The translations under genes and the position numbers were made by a program. DNA of 64,000 bases, taken from NCBI GenBank assembly GCA_028023455.1, contig JAQFVV010000009.1, forward strand, positions 8,184,001-8,248,000, in the 5' to 3' direction. Source of the DNA: Epiperipatus broadwayi (lineage: Eukaryota > Animalia > Onychophora). Every line of letters begins with the position of its first letter. Positions within the stretch are counted from its first letter, which is position 1. The notes under the pieces were generated by a model, which searched no databases, was not told the DNA's origin, and saw only the letters and a list, made by a program, of their open reading frames with translations. This document shows positions 50,641-64,000 of the stretch, piece after piece.

Positions 50641-51684
50641 CATCTGGGTCTCGTTTTATGCGGATTATTTTAATGCGATTTTGAAGTTATATGATGGAAA
50701 TAGTCCAATATAAAAATACAGCTAGAACACCATCATCACAAACCTTCAAAAAAACACTATACGATTCATGTTTCTTCTTAATATCCTTCATATTTCACTA
50801 TATTTATTAGATATCAAGAAATTTAAATTATTAAAAACTTATTTTGACTTGAAATATTTTTTTTTTTTCAAAAAATATAACGTTATATTAGCAACTAACA
50901 TGAATATGGCCTGAAGCTGTATTTAGAATCTTAGCTTCTATGTAAATAATCTACTTATACTAATGAGTACATAATAATAATAGATTTATACTTACATATA
51001 AAAATATCGCAATAAATATTCAAAAAATTTAAACTTTTAAAATGTATTTTGTTATATATAACAGAAATAAATAAACTTTTAAATTTTTAAAATAAAAAAC
51101 GAAGATTTTATAAACTGAAAATAATCTTTCTAATGATAATGCATAATCTTTTTGTTTTGATTGCGATCTCATTTTTTTAATATAGATACAAAAAAACCAT
51201 TAACATAGCTCAAGACTGAAAGTGGCATTAGTTGTACATCACGAATAAAAATAAAGTGGCTAACAGGTTTCTCTGGGCATAATTGCTGAGAGATTCTTGA
51301 CTTCGTTTACAGAGAAACCACAATACATCAATCACATCACATCGAATCCGATTTCTTACCAGTTTACAAACGAACGCTAGCAGTGATGATTAAAATATGT
51401 ATGAAAAATTAAATACTGTAGTTAATAAAAAAAGTAAAAAAAGTTTGTCTTGTATTTTTTTTTCTTTCAAATATTTAAAAATTTTTATTAGTCATTCTTT
51501 ATTTGCTTATTTTTTAATGCGAATTTTTAAGTAATTTTTCCTTGTTGCTTTGCTTTTATGCGAATTCTGAAAATTATAGAACCTATCCCCCATTTTTCAA
51601 TGTATGTTAAGTCTATTTTTGCGTGATTTTTTTTAATGCGGGTTTTCTGTGGAACCATCTATCGTATAAAACGAGACCCAGGTG
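50641..51684. mobile_element. Non-autonomous Tc1/mariner-superfamily element, copy 2
   Basis: Same TIRs and internal sequence as 28877-29850, plus a ~70-bp insertion at 50691-50760. Confidence 0.92.
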
Positions 51685-54384
51685 CATTTGATAAATTTCT
51701 AGGCTTGAATTTTATTTTAGATATAGTGTCTGAATGTCCTAGCACCTCACTGATGAGAGCCATTAGCTTGAAAGTGGTTTGGGGCTTTTCTTGTGGCATT
51801 TACTGAAAAGCTTGTTTAGAGTTATTAGCATGCTCATTATATTACATTTGTAATATCAAGCTAATTAAATCACTTGACAAATGACTTAATTTCCTTAATA
51901 CAATTTTATATATATTATCAGTAGTTCTCTTTGTGATCTCGCATTATGGAATACAGATTGATATAATTTTTTTAAGCAATGATAGAATTTAAGAGAATGG
52001 AAAAGGAGAGGGAAACATTTTTTTGGAAAATGAGTTAAGTTTAGCATATGTAATAAAAAGGGTGCAACTAAAATATTAATTTCACTGGCATGAATGCTGC
52101 TGATTTATATAAAAAAATAACTAATATTCTGCAAGTTTAAACATTTTGATAGGATTTTTTCAATGGAATATGGTTTATATAAAATAATTTATTCTAAAAT
52201 AAACCACCTAATTCTGCAATACATTATTCTATTTCTCTCATCAGATGAATTATGCATAATTGCAAAGAATATAGCAAAAAAAAAGTTTGTATCATGCTTC
52301 TCAAAACAATAAACTCTATGTAACAATTCATTTTCTTGAAAGATATTATTTCTGAAAGAAGGAATATATTATCTAGACTATATAAATGATCCAAGTCTAA
52401 AATATATTAATTTGAATAAAAAAAAAAAAACATGTGCTGGATGTTTATAATAAAAGTGCATATTACGCGGGAAGAGGGAAAGAATGTTTATAAAGTGCCG
52501 TATTAAAAACTCACAACTACTTGTTTTTATTTGGCATTGTAATGTGTTTTTTCATAATGAATATTTCTCTCCTTTTGTTTTTTTTTTTTTTGAAGTTTGG
52601 AATTACACGTAGTAGGATATATTTCTCTGGTGATATTATTGTAAGTTTGCAATATCTTTAAAATAATTTCTCCATAGAATTTGTGGATAAATTTTATTGA
52701 TTAAGTTTGTCCACACATCTCTTAGAGGCTTTATTTTAAACAAATCACAAACTTAGAATTATATGTCACTGGAGAAATATGTCATAGCAGGTATAATATC
52801 AAAGTACCAAAATTTTTGTGTAAGATAAATTTTCAATCAGGTTCACATTATTAATATGATTTTTTTCTTATTTTTTTTAAAAAAAACATTACAGTATATC
52901 ACAGAGATATTCACAAAACATGAGAATAACAATAACTGAGAGCTGTGTTGATTTGTAAATATATTTTTTTAATTTTTTATACTTTATGTAAAAATGAATT
53001 TACATAAATAGACAATTGCTTGTACTTGTTTTAAAAGAATAATTTTATTCATTAAAGTACATTAACAAAGAACAGATAACACAACAATGATAATAAATAT
53101 ATAGACAAACAATAATATATTTAAGATGATTAAAATTATCAAGCTAAGCTTTGTTATCAATCTATTTATCTTCGTCTATCTCACAGTTTGAATGAATTCA
53201 CTTCATAAATTTTTCACAATGCTAAGGTAATGATTTTTATAATATATATATAGCAAAATCTTGAATTTATATTTTTCTTGCCTAGGCATATAAATGTATC
53301 TACTTTGATTAGTGTTTCTTGTTTTTAAATATAAGTTTTGTCTTGATTTATAGCTATCGCTTAATCTTATTATTTTTTTAGGATTAGTTTTGTATAGAAT
53401 GCAATTAAACATTAATTGATTGGTATTCCAGACTCGACCAATTTATTATTTGGGTAATGATTTCCTATTTTAGTACTGAAATTAATCACATCACTTTATA
53501 AATCTTGATAATTTATTTTATTACTGTGGAAGAGATTTTTGTATGCTCTATACGATTTCTTGAAGTTTGATCACAAGATGATCAATTTATCTATCAGGGC
53601 CTGTGAAGTCACGTGGCTTTAAAAGTATATCATTTTGGCTATTGACCATATTCAATTTTTACTAGGAGAAAAAAATAAGATGAATTGTAATTAAATCAAT
53701 TATCCAAAAATGATAATAACTACATTCTAAGAAAATTACTTTAATAACAGATATTTCTACATTGGATTTATAAATGGTGAAATAGAGCAACTTTGCAGGG
53801 ATCTGAAACTAACATAGAATGAAGTGCCTCATAAAAATATATATAATTAATATTTAAAATGTTTTAAAATTGGAAGTGATAAGAGTAAAATATGTCTTAT
53901 GGAAAAATACAATTTTGAGGGGGAAATGAATGCTAGAACAATTTACTTTCTTAAAAAAAACTGGTTGTTGTTGATGAGCAATCAAATCCCACTGGATGGC
54001 GCAGTTACCGCGCTAAAACTATAAAATATGATCATTCATGGGCCGTTAATTATAATCATTTTGATGTGTTTTTTGTAATGCAAAAATAAAAACAAAACAA
54101 AATCGTCTTTTTTAAATATTATTTAATTTTAAATATTATTTTTTATTAACGTATACAAAATAAATGATAATAATAAATGTAAAATATATTTTACAATTTG
54201 ATTCGTCTTTTTTAGTTTTCTTTTTATTTAAAAAATCAATTTTCTATCGGAGATTTTTTTACTGGAGTTACGGCTTTTTTTTGTTGTTGTTAAATCCGCA
54301 CTTACAACTGTGCCAATGTTATATCTGCAAGTCATACTGTGCGGTCAACCAATAACGTTATACAATTCCCAAGCTGTTCTTTTC

Positions 54385-54545
54385 CAACGAGTGCTCTCCA
54401 ACGAATTGGTCTGCAACAAAGCTCTCCAACGAATTGGTCTGCAATCTCTCTGCTGAATTGGTCTGCAACAAATGCTCTCCAACGAATTGGTCTGCCACGA
54501 AGCTCTCCAAACGAATTGGTCTGCAACGAAGCTCTCCAACGAATG
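54385..54545 (+). repeat. 28-bp minisatellite array 1
   Basis: Unit AACGAATTGGTCTGCAACGAAGCTCTCC, ~5-6 variant copies. Confidence 0.93.
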
Positions 54546-54829
54546 CTCTCAATATCTCCGCTGCGGTCTCTTTCAGCTACACCCGTGAACTACATTTCCA
54601 CTGGGCGCTGATCATTAACCGCCAGCACTGACGTGAGATATCTCTACTTAAATACTGCTTACTCAATACTGCTTGACTGCTCTCTATGTTACACTGCTCG
54701 ATGTTACCCACTCTTCTTATCGCTCTCTGACAACTGCAATGATCAATCAATGCACTGACCAATAAGGTAACGTCTCTTATCTAGAAACATTTGTAATTAG
54801 CAAATATTTCTAGGAATTGTCGATCGCCA

Positions 54830-55110
54830 TTACGTCAATGCACTAATTAAATTCCTCAGCTATCAGAGCGCGATCTAAAAACAGCCTTACGAATAAATTC
54901 TAGTTTTTTCTGGAGTGCACAAACATGTCTGCCATTTTACACAACACTACACACCACCCTCCACTCCAGAAAAACACTTGTTGCTATTCCTACTTTCTTG
55001 TAATTTCAGTAAGAAATGTACGATTTAACTCTGCTGCCGAAACTTTTTCGCCAGAACTTTCAATGGTGACTGCGCAAGCGTTTTATTTCCAAACTTTTCA
55101 CTTCCGTGGT
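54830..55110. promoter_or_regulatory. Promoter-like motif cluster in a CpG-rich segment
   Basis: TTACGTCA (CRE-like, 54830), GCCATTTT (YY1-like, 54931), TGCGCAAGCG (NRF1-like, 55071), CACTTCCG (ETS-like, 55099). Motif matches only. Confidence 0.35.
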
Positions 55111-55313
55111 TAACGTTATTAATTGGGATTGACATTTCACCCGGTTTCTCCATCTACGGCTAAACTTATAGTTCAACGTATTCGCTACTCCCAGGTTCCA
55201 AATGCGACTGTGCCAATGTTATATCCGCACTTACAACTGTGCCAATGTTATATCTGCAAGTCATACTGTGCGGTCAGCCAATAACGTTATACAATTCCCA
55301 CGCTGTTCTTTTC

Positions 55314-55545
55314 CAACGAGTGCTCTCCAACGAATCGGTCTGCAACGAAGCTCTCCAACGAATTGGTCTGCAATGAATGCTCTCCAACGAAGCTCTCCAA
55401 CAAATTGGTCTGCAATCTCTCCGCTGAATTGGTCTGCAACGAATGCTCTCCAATGAATTGGTCTGCCACGAAGCTCTCCAAACGAATTGGTCTGCAACGA
55501 AGCTCTCCAACGAATTGGTCTGCAACGAAGCTCTCCAACGAATGC
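55314..55545 (+). repeat. 28-bp minisatellite array 2
   Basis: Same unit, ~8 variant copies. Confidence 0.93.
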
Positions 55546-58500
55546 TCTCAATATCTCCGCTGCGGTCTCTTTCAGCTACACCTGTGAACTACATTTCCAC
55601 TGGGCGCTGATCATTAACCACCAGCACTGACGTGAGATATCTCTACTTAAATACTGCTTTCTCAATACTGCTTGACTGCTCTCTATGTTACACTGCTCGA
55701 TGTTACCCAGTCTTCTTATCGCTCTCTGACAACTGCAACGATCAATCAATGCACTGACCAATAAGGTAACGTCTCTTATCTAGAAACATTTGTAATTAGC
55801 AAATATTTCTAGGAATTGTCGATCGCCATTACACCAATGCACTAATTAAATTCCTCAGCTATCGGAGCGCGATCTAAAAACAGCCTTACGAATAAATTCT
55901 AGTTTTTTCTGGAGTGCACAAACATGTCTGCCATTTTACAAAACACTACAGTTGTTTACCGCTATTTTTTATTTCAAATAGAATGACAACTAAAAGTAAA
56001 AGTTGTTACGGTTAGTTTTAGGGTTAGGTTTACGGTTAAAATAAAAAATATCAAAATCGTATTTTTGTAAATATTTTTTTTACTAATATCTATAAAATAA
56101 ATAATAACAATAAACGTAAACTATATTCAACAAAGTATAACAGTAGTCAGAGAAAAGAAAGAAACTAAAACTTTTTTAAACAACGACAAATATATATATA
56201 AAATGTTTATAATATATGCTTTTTATGACATTTAAAAAAACAGTGTACAATTGTACTTTTCTTACTGGATATTTTTGTGTTAACGCTCTTTTTTTATTTC
56301 AAAAATATACACACGGGTACAATCTTAATATGTCTCATGGAAATGTTACGAACAGTACATTACTTGACGCGTTACTTAATTCCAATTCACTTTATACATA
56401 CATCTCGTCAACATTTACTATTTAAAACTTCAATACACTACGGTGTAAAAAGTTTGTTAATTATTACTTTACAAAATCTGAACATTTCAATACTTTAAAA
56501 TAAAAAAAAAATCCAATGAAAATAACATTTCCATCCAATTAAAAAAAACACACCCTCTCCCCAAGCCGTAACCTTTTTATAAACTGTGCGAAATTGGGAA
56601 AATGTATTTGCTGCGTAAACATACATGCTGTACTGCGACACGACATAGCGGCCTGCAATCTGTAGTACAACAGAAAAGGTTGTATTATAGAAAACGCGGG
56701 TTCAAACGTGTCTGCCGTGGAAACGGCATTTTTATGTATTTTAGCGCGAAAACAGCACCATCCAGTGGGATATGTTGGTTCATCGACGACAACCAAAAAA
56801 AAATTTTATAATAATTTAAAAACAGGCTCAAGAATATGCAAGAAAGTATAAGGTTAAAATTTCAAAAAGACAAAAAGGTCCAATTTTCATTAAATAGATA
56901 AAAAAGAAATCAAAGAAACGACAAAAAAAAAAAAAAATCAGTATATGGAATAAGAATCAACAATTTAAGAATTAGAATCATTGATTAAAGATATACAAAG
57001 AACATAGTTACTGATGGAAATGAAGAAAAACTGGAATAAACATTAAAAATGCTTAAAATAAAGCAAAAAGAAATGTAAAAAATATTTAATGAGAAAAGTA
57101 CCGGCATTTGAAAAACAAACTGCAAAAAATTAATAAAATATGACTGGATGAAAAAAAGATTCCAATGAAAAATTATTTTTTAAAAAAAGACACTAAAACA
57201 ACTTGACCTCAAAAAACAAATTATGACTTTTCTGTAACAAGAACAATTTTTTTTTTTGTTGTAGTTGTTTGTTTACATATCCCTTGTTTAACAATTTTTT
57301 CTGTTTGTTCCAAAGCTATATAGTTTTAAACCATGTATTTTCAACAATGTAATTTTTGGTAAACAAAAATTCATGTAATCTATTTTTGTACAATAAAGTA
57401 TATTATTGAAACATAAATAAAAAGATACTAAAATTCTTTGATTACATTTGTGAAATGAAAGATAATAGCAAACTAAATTCTTTGATTTTTAATGCCATAC
57501 AAAGCATATTTAATAAGATATCATCCATCTATAAAGCATGGATGGATAATATTAAAGAAAGAAGTAAGGTTAGCTTGCATTCCTTAAGCCTTTCTCACAA
57601 AGAATATTCAAAACTGGAGAAAGATAGTGAAAAAAAAGTATTGCACATTTCTAGGAAATAAAGCTGTTTCTTGGTATTAATAAAGAAGGAAATGTTGGTA
57701 GCCTGAATATCTAAAACAGATGTTGAAAAAAATATAACATTTTAGCAGTAGCATTAGCATTCATAAATGAAAAATGCCCTTTTAACTCCAAAAATATACA
57801 CACACAAGTTAAAAACAAAACTATAAAAGAGATTGGACTTCCTGGACATATAATTAAATAAAAATATATAGTTGCAAAAAAATACAATTCTATTGTCACA
57901 ACTAATGACATAAGAGACTCATTATGATCATATTTTGTAGTAAACTAAGTGAAGTGAACACAGTAAAGTGCAATAAAAAAACAAAGAAAAAATTAGAAAA
58001 AACAAGACAAAATGATTAATATAGTTATAAAGGTCAGTAATAATTATTAACAAAATTAAGTATAAAAAATGATAGCCTTTATTTATTCTTTACATAATAT
58101 TAGGCACTAAATCAGACTTTCCCAATCTTTTTATTCTGAAAAAATCTCTGAAATAATTTTCAAATCCCTTAAAAAATCACCATAAACATCATACTAGAGA
58201 AATATATATGCAATACATCACTTATTTTAAAAAATACCTATACAAACATCATTTATTTTTAAACTTGATAACTGCGGTTGTATTATCTGTAAAAACAATA
58301 TCCAGAAATAATACACAACATTCTGTGTGATGATGATCAAAAAAGTTAATGTCTTATCAATATAAAAAATGAAATAAAACAATGAATATGATTCTATTTG
58401 ATAGCAAAACAAACAGGAATTTATACTATGTTCAAATCCAAAAAATATCTACATATCAAATTGAATATTATTGGAATAATAAAAGGTGTACTACATAACC

Positions 58501-58849
58501 ATGAAATCTAATAAATGCAATTAAAGCCAATAGATTTTATTTACAATAAAATATTCTCATATCTAGAAATGCAAACTTGAATATCATTATCATGGACAAA
58601 CAAATCAAGCATTAAATAGTGATACTACATTACTACCTAAGACGTGCTATAATTAATTCAAAATTAAATTTCCTTTTGAATGTCATCTCATTTGCTGAGA
58701 CTGTATATTTTTAAAAAAATATTTCAGTGAAAAATGTTTAAATTTCAAATATACTTGAACACTTACTATTAATAAATAATAAATTTGAACTTTTTGTGAA
58801 AAAATATTCATTATTTATGGTAAAATATTCATAACTTGATTTCATATTG

Positions 58850-59260
58850 AGGTACAATTGTCACACCAAAATTTTATACACATATATTGAAACAGAGTTT
58901 GATCTTAACCCAATCAAAGATTGGTAATGAACATACTGAAAAGCTTTTCCAGTTTCTAAACCTATTGCTGGTAATGTTAGCCAAGCAACAACCAATGATA
59001 TTGTCTGATCACCATCTCAATCATTCACATTTATATACGACTCTATCATAAGCAAGCCCTTCTAATTAAATATGAAATGAATATAGTTTAAAAGATCTGA
59101 ACTCTGTGGACATTTTTTTTTCTGAAATGGGCTGGTACCATTAACCAATACCTATCAAGGTGCTAACAGAAACTGAGATTCAAATCAACAATCACCATGT
59201 GGAAATCCTATCAGCACTGAGCAGTAGCTTGGGACACAAGAAACTCAAAGACAATATTGC
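58850..59260 (+). mobile_element. Possible ancient LINE 3' fragment
   Basis: Raised GC and faint similarity to LINE RT C-terminal motifs; heavily decayed. Confidence 0.2.
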
Positions 59261-62200
59261 AACTTTATATCTTATTGAATAGATGAAATTCTAGGATGAG
59301 AATTAAAAATAGGCTGGAGCTTTAAATTCAATAATAATTTATTCCAAGCAGTAATGATATAAATGCATCAACATTCTCTACTCAAATAACAAACTCTGCC
59401 AAAATGGAGACCAAAACTATTAATAAGGTATAATAATAAAAAAGATTTACTACACCTTAAACTAAAATATATATTTTTCTTTCCCCCATATGCCTGATCA
59501 ATGTTTCAATTATAATACTGTCTATTAAAAAATTTAGTAATCGAATAAAATTCCATAAAAACTATTATCTTTAACTGAATATAATTATACAGACACATAT
59601 ATAATATATTTTTAGAGTAAATTTATTTAAATATAATAAACCAATAGCTAAATAAATGTTACTTTATCATACCAACTTTCTATGGTAGTGTAAGCTTATG
59701 TATATTGAAGTAATAGTTTTCCAATTTTCAAAATTGTTCCAAGCTGTTTATACATAATTAAGTAGATTTTATTCTTAGTACATCTGATTTCAGGCTGGCA
59801 AAAAATAGTTAGGTCCATTTCTTTATCCATAGTTTTTCTTATTTCAGACTGGCAAACCCGATTACACAGCTGTGCTTCATAATAGGATGGTCAACATCAA
59901 TATGTTCTGCATAATTTGTTAACAAACGAAATTTGGAGGGAAGCAGCAACTGTCATTTCAATCTCTGGAAAAGACAAACACATTCTTCAAATGATTATTT
60001 TTTCTTCCAGGCTAAGACTAGATTATTCAGATTATAGCTGGGTTTTTTTTAACTTTCTTTTTCTATGGAGCTACATGCTAGAGTAGAAATGAACACATAT
60101 AGGGGAGCACTAGCAATTCATATTACAGCAGCACAAATATTTAGTTTTCTAGGTCCTTTCATGTTTATTTTCTCAAAAGCTTGGTGATATTCTTCTCTCA
60201 CTGGCAAATATACAGCTTGCTTCACTATGAAAGGTAGGAAACTTGGTTCACTCTGCTAGCGAAACACATTATCACAGCCCTTTTATAGCTAATCTCATCA
60301 CATTCAAAATATATATTATCTAACACATTAACTTGTCTCCCTCCAAAATCATTTTATCTTTTTTAAATCAATTTTTAATTGCATGCTTCTTTATTACTAT
60401 TTTTTAAATTAAAGTGAAGAAATAGAGACAAAAATAAAAGAAAAGGAAAATATTGCTTTTTTTACAAATTTGTTTCAAAACAAACTGTTTAATTTTAATA
60501 TTCAATAATCTTTTGTTTAATTTTAACAAATCCAATCTTTTTTTTTTTTTTTATAACGAGCAATATTCTAATCCATTTTATTTTCTCTTCATTACAAGTT
60601 ATTTTTATTATCTTTTTTTTCTTTGAATAAAGAGACATAAATTATTTAAAAAGAATGAATGTATGAACATATTCTATCACTATTATGGGAATTCAATTAA
60701 CCTTCCTTTTACCCAACCTAAATCATTATAATGACTTTCTTTTTTTTTAATTTGTCAATACCTCAATACAATTATGAATCTGCATATATTTGTAACTTCT
60801 CTACTTGCTGTTAATACTATATGTTTTATGTACTACAGTGATAGTTATAGTTTATATAACTATCTATTCTTTATATATATATGTCTTTGTTTAATTAGAA
60901 AAAAAAATGTTAGAATGCACAAAAATGTAAGAGATAATATGGAAAAAATGATAAGATTATTACAATTAATGCAAAATAAAACTATATTGGTTTGTAGAAA
61001 CCAACTGCATATTATGTATATAATTTATTTATTAACAAATATTTTTTAATAAAATAGTTACAATTTATTTCTACTTCATTTTTTTCTTATCTGATGCTTA
61101 GAAAAACCAAAATTATATTCTAATTGATAATTTGTGAAATACTAACATCATATAAAAGTATACCACTTTCACAGATTATCTCATATCCAGAAAAATTTAC
61201 ATTATTTATTTAATATTTCATAATTCTTTCCAATACAGAACAAGTAAATTATATTCCAAGTTTTACTGACATTTAAAAATCATAATATAGATTGATACTC
61301 AAAGACTCAGCATCAAATTAATAATTTACCAATGAAACTGTCATTTAAATTTTCTTGTAAATTTACACAATAAGTTAAAAATTGTTAAATGAATAATAAA
61401 AATATTTTTAAAAATCAGTGAATTTTTTTTTTTTTTAAGAAGTACTATTTTTATATCTAACTTTATTTCATTTTATTATTATTTATTTATCTAAAAGTAA
61501 TACATATTGGTTGTTGCTGTTTTTATTGTCAATTAAAATGATTTATAAAATTAAATCATTTACTATAAAACAAAATATATGCATTTTGATTTAATGATCA
61601 ATTTCTATTATATAAAAAAAGGTATAGATTCACTCTTATATGATATAATATAATAGATTCTTTAGTTAAGACAGTATCAAAAATGATATAGCAAAAACTA
61701 CTCACTTTTGAAAAATTAATAAAAAATCTATTTATGCATTTTCTTTCTATTGTTTTCTGGAGCAATTAAAATTTGTTTTTATATATCACAATAGGATAAT
61801 TTTTTATTTGGCTACATTGTTAAGCTGTTTTTAATGTCCATTTTAATTGACATGCAAACAATTTTCTTAGTTTAAACTTAATTAAATCAAATTAACTTTC
61901 TTATTTAGAAATATAAAATTTTATATATATACACATATACAACTATAGCTAATTATCCAAATATAATAAATATTTCTAAACACACATATATATTACTGTT
62001 AAAATAAATAAATATAGTCTTATTTTGCAATGCCATTATTTTTTGATTCATTAGTAATACTTTATACTTCAAAGTAATATTTAGATCTTAGAGTTCAGGT
62101 TGTTTTATCCATATCTCTGAAATTTATTAATTGCTTTACTTTTGCTTATAGTTCTTTTATTTTTAAGTAAATTCATTTATTACATAAGGCAATTGAGACA

Positions 62201-64000
62201 AAAATAACCATGCAACATAAACTGACAATAATAAGAATATTCAGAGAATTATTTAATGATTAATGTTTGAATTACATTTATTTTTATTTTATTAAAAAAC
62301 TGAGAGATATACATTCTGGTCAAATTCATTTGCATTTGCAAACTATCAGTATATTACTAAGGAAAATAATTAATATAAGTGGATAAAAATGCAACAGTAT
62401 AAACAGTAGACCTAATACAGAGACAAAAAGAAAACATTTGTAATCAAATGCAATAATGTTAAACTAATATTAAAAAAAAAAAAAAATGCCTGAAATATAA
62501 TCTTCATACTATATCATATATAGAACATGCACAATTTAAAAAAAATTCATATAGCAAAATCAATTTGTTTTTTTTGTTTTTTGAGCTGATAAGTTATGTG
62601 TTAATGTTTTTATCAGTTATAAACTGATGAAAATGATCCCTTTTTAGAGCCATGAGAATTCCAAATATTTTTTTAATTGAAAGTTAGCAATAAAACAGGA
62701 AAAATTAAATATTTATGTAGAGAAACAAATCCTTATTATAGGAATTAAACCAAAAGAAATAACAACAATCATAAATAGTTGGGTGTAATATTTAATTATA
62801 AAAATGAAATACTCTGAATTAGAGATATAACAAATAAAATAAAAAAATGTAAAGCTATACTTAAATATAATTTTTTTATAGAAAATTGGAGAAAAAAAAA
62901 GTAAAGTATGATAATAGAGGTGATAAGAACATTATGTGAAAATTTTATGCTTAAGATATAATTAAAAATGAAGATAATACATAACAAATATGATTACAAG
63001 CCAAAAAAAAAAAAAAAATTTGGTAAGTTTAAACTATTATAATCAAGTCCAAAAAATAACAGATAACTATCAAAATAGAAAACATATAAGCAAGATAATA
63101 AATTTTACAAAAGTATAGGTGTAAAAAATAAAAAAAGCTATGAACTCAAAAAGAAGGTCAATAGGATAACAGAAAAAAAAAAGGAATTTAGGCATCAAAC
63201 ATTGAAACAAGTTATAAATAGAATTTGTAAGGAGTATATAATGGACAGCAGTGTATACAATAAATAAATAAAATGATTGTATAATACAAATTATATAAAC
63301 ATAACTACAATGTCTGAAGTAAAAAATATATCAGAACTTGAAATTCACTATTGTAGTGACACTATAGCACATATATTAAAATTTATTTAACAAGCATTGT
63401 AAATTTTTTTGAATTAAAAAATAAAATGGAGAAAATACACATAAACTTAAAAGAAATTACTAATAAATTCATTAAAAATATATTTTTGATTGATCTGTAT
63501 TAAAAATATATTTCACACATAGTTTTTAAAATCAGTGAAAAAAATAATTTGCTTCATTACATTACCCACTGTTTTTAAAAGATTGTTTCTCAATAATTAG
63601 AAATTAGATATTTATTAGCTTTTGTGTAAAAAGCAACAAAATTATATTTTTTGAAATAAAAGATTAGATATTTTCTTTAATTTTTCTCTCTTATTGGCTA
63701 TTTATTTTTAAGATAATTGATTTTAAATTTTGTTTATAAAATATTTAGTAATATTATTTTTCTTTTTTCAGTCTGATTATTATTAGAATCACAATTCGTG
63801 AATTTAGAACTTCTAACCTTATCATATAAGCTCGGCTCTCATTCCTTCTTTTTTATATTATTATTTATTCTTAGTGGGAATTTTTTAACTAAAATAGACA
63901 GAAATCATTTGATAGCCTATATTGAAAAAAAAAAACATTACAATCACACACAACCATTAATGATGATGTAAAATGCCAAATTGTTATGTAATTAAAATTG

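Larger units (their letters stand above)
54294..55950 (+). repeat. Internal tandem duplication (period ~929 bp): 54294-54951 and 55223-55950
   Basis: Nearly identical units that differ mainly in minisatellite copy number. Confidence 0.95.
53963..56794. mobile_element. Non-autonomous TIR DNA transposon, Mutator-like (or Merlin-like), 2.83 kb
   Basis: ~58-bp imperfect TIRs GGTTGTTGTTGATGAGCAATCAAATCCCACTGGATGGCGC...CGCGCTAAAA / TTTTAGCGCG...GCACCATCCAGTGGGATATGTTGGTTCATCGACGACAACC; flanks AAAAAAAACT / AAAAAAAAAT (9/10, TSD-like); CpG-rich. The superfamily is inferred only from the GG termini and TSD length. Confidence 0.8.

Noticed and set aside
54385-55545. CRISPR-like array
   Set aside because: Units are contiguous variants of one 28-bp motif with no unique spacers; eukaryotic context with no cas genes.
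54332-55761. Overlapping ORFs in the minisatellite (ADQFVGEL.., QTNSLES..)
   Set aside because: Open in nearly all frames on both strands because the repeat lacks stops; not evidence of coding.
27244-63000. Numerous 60-100-aa F/I/L/Y-rich ORFs
   Set aside because: Expected by chance in very AT-rich DNA; no motifs and no consistent splice structure.

Overview
Very AT-rich eukaryotic DNA that looks like an invertebrate animal genome; the species cannot be determined from sequence alone. It is almost entirely a nested transposon graveyard with no intact host gene that I can support. Main contents: (1) two decayed Ty3/Gypsy LTR retrotransposons on the minus strand, one at ~0.3-5.7 kb (Mag-like, tRNA-Ser-like PBS) and one at 39318-48475 (~1.7-kb LTRs, tRNA-Pro PBS, ATAT TSD); (2) a dense cluster of Penelope-like element (PLE) pieces from ~7.3 to 20.6 kb, several with minimal hammerhead-ribozyme (HHR) motifs, including two inverted copies whose 3' end carries a tRNA-Lys-derived Pol III-type head directly upstream of the HHR; (3) an RTE LINE, a decayed mariner, two Tc1/mariner-type MITEs, one hAT MITE with a perfect TSD and three foldback palindromes; (4) a 2.8-kb CpG-rich TIR element (53963-56794, Mutator-like ends) carrying a tandemly duplicated promoter-like module with a 28-bp minisatellite; (5) two exon-like segments (13.1-14.7 kb) of a possibly BACK-domain pseudogene. 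The most novel-looking item is the tRNA-head plus hammerhead cassette in the PLE 3' region. All alignments, identities and folds were done by eye, and boundaries without a TSD or TIR are approximate.
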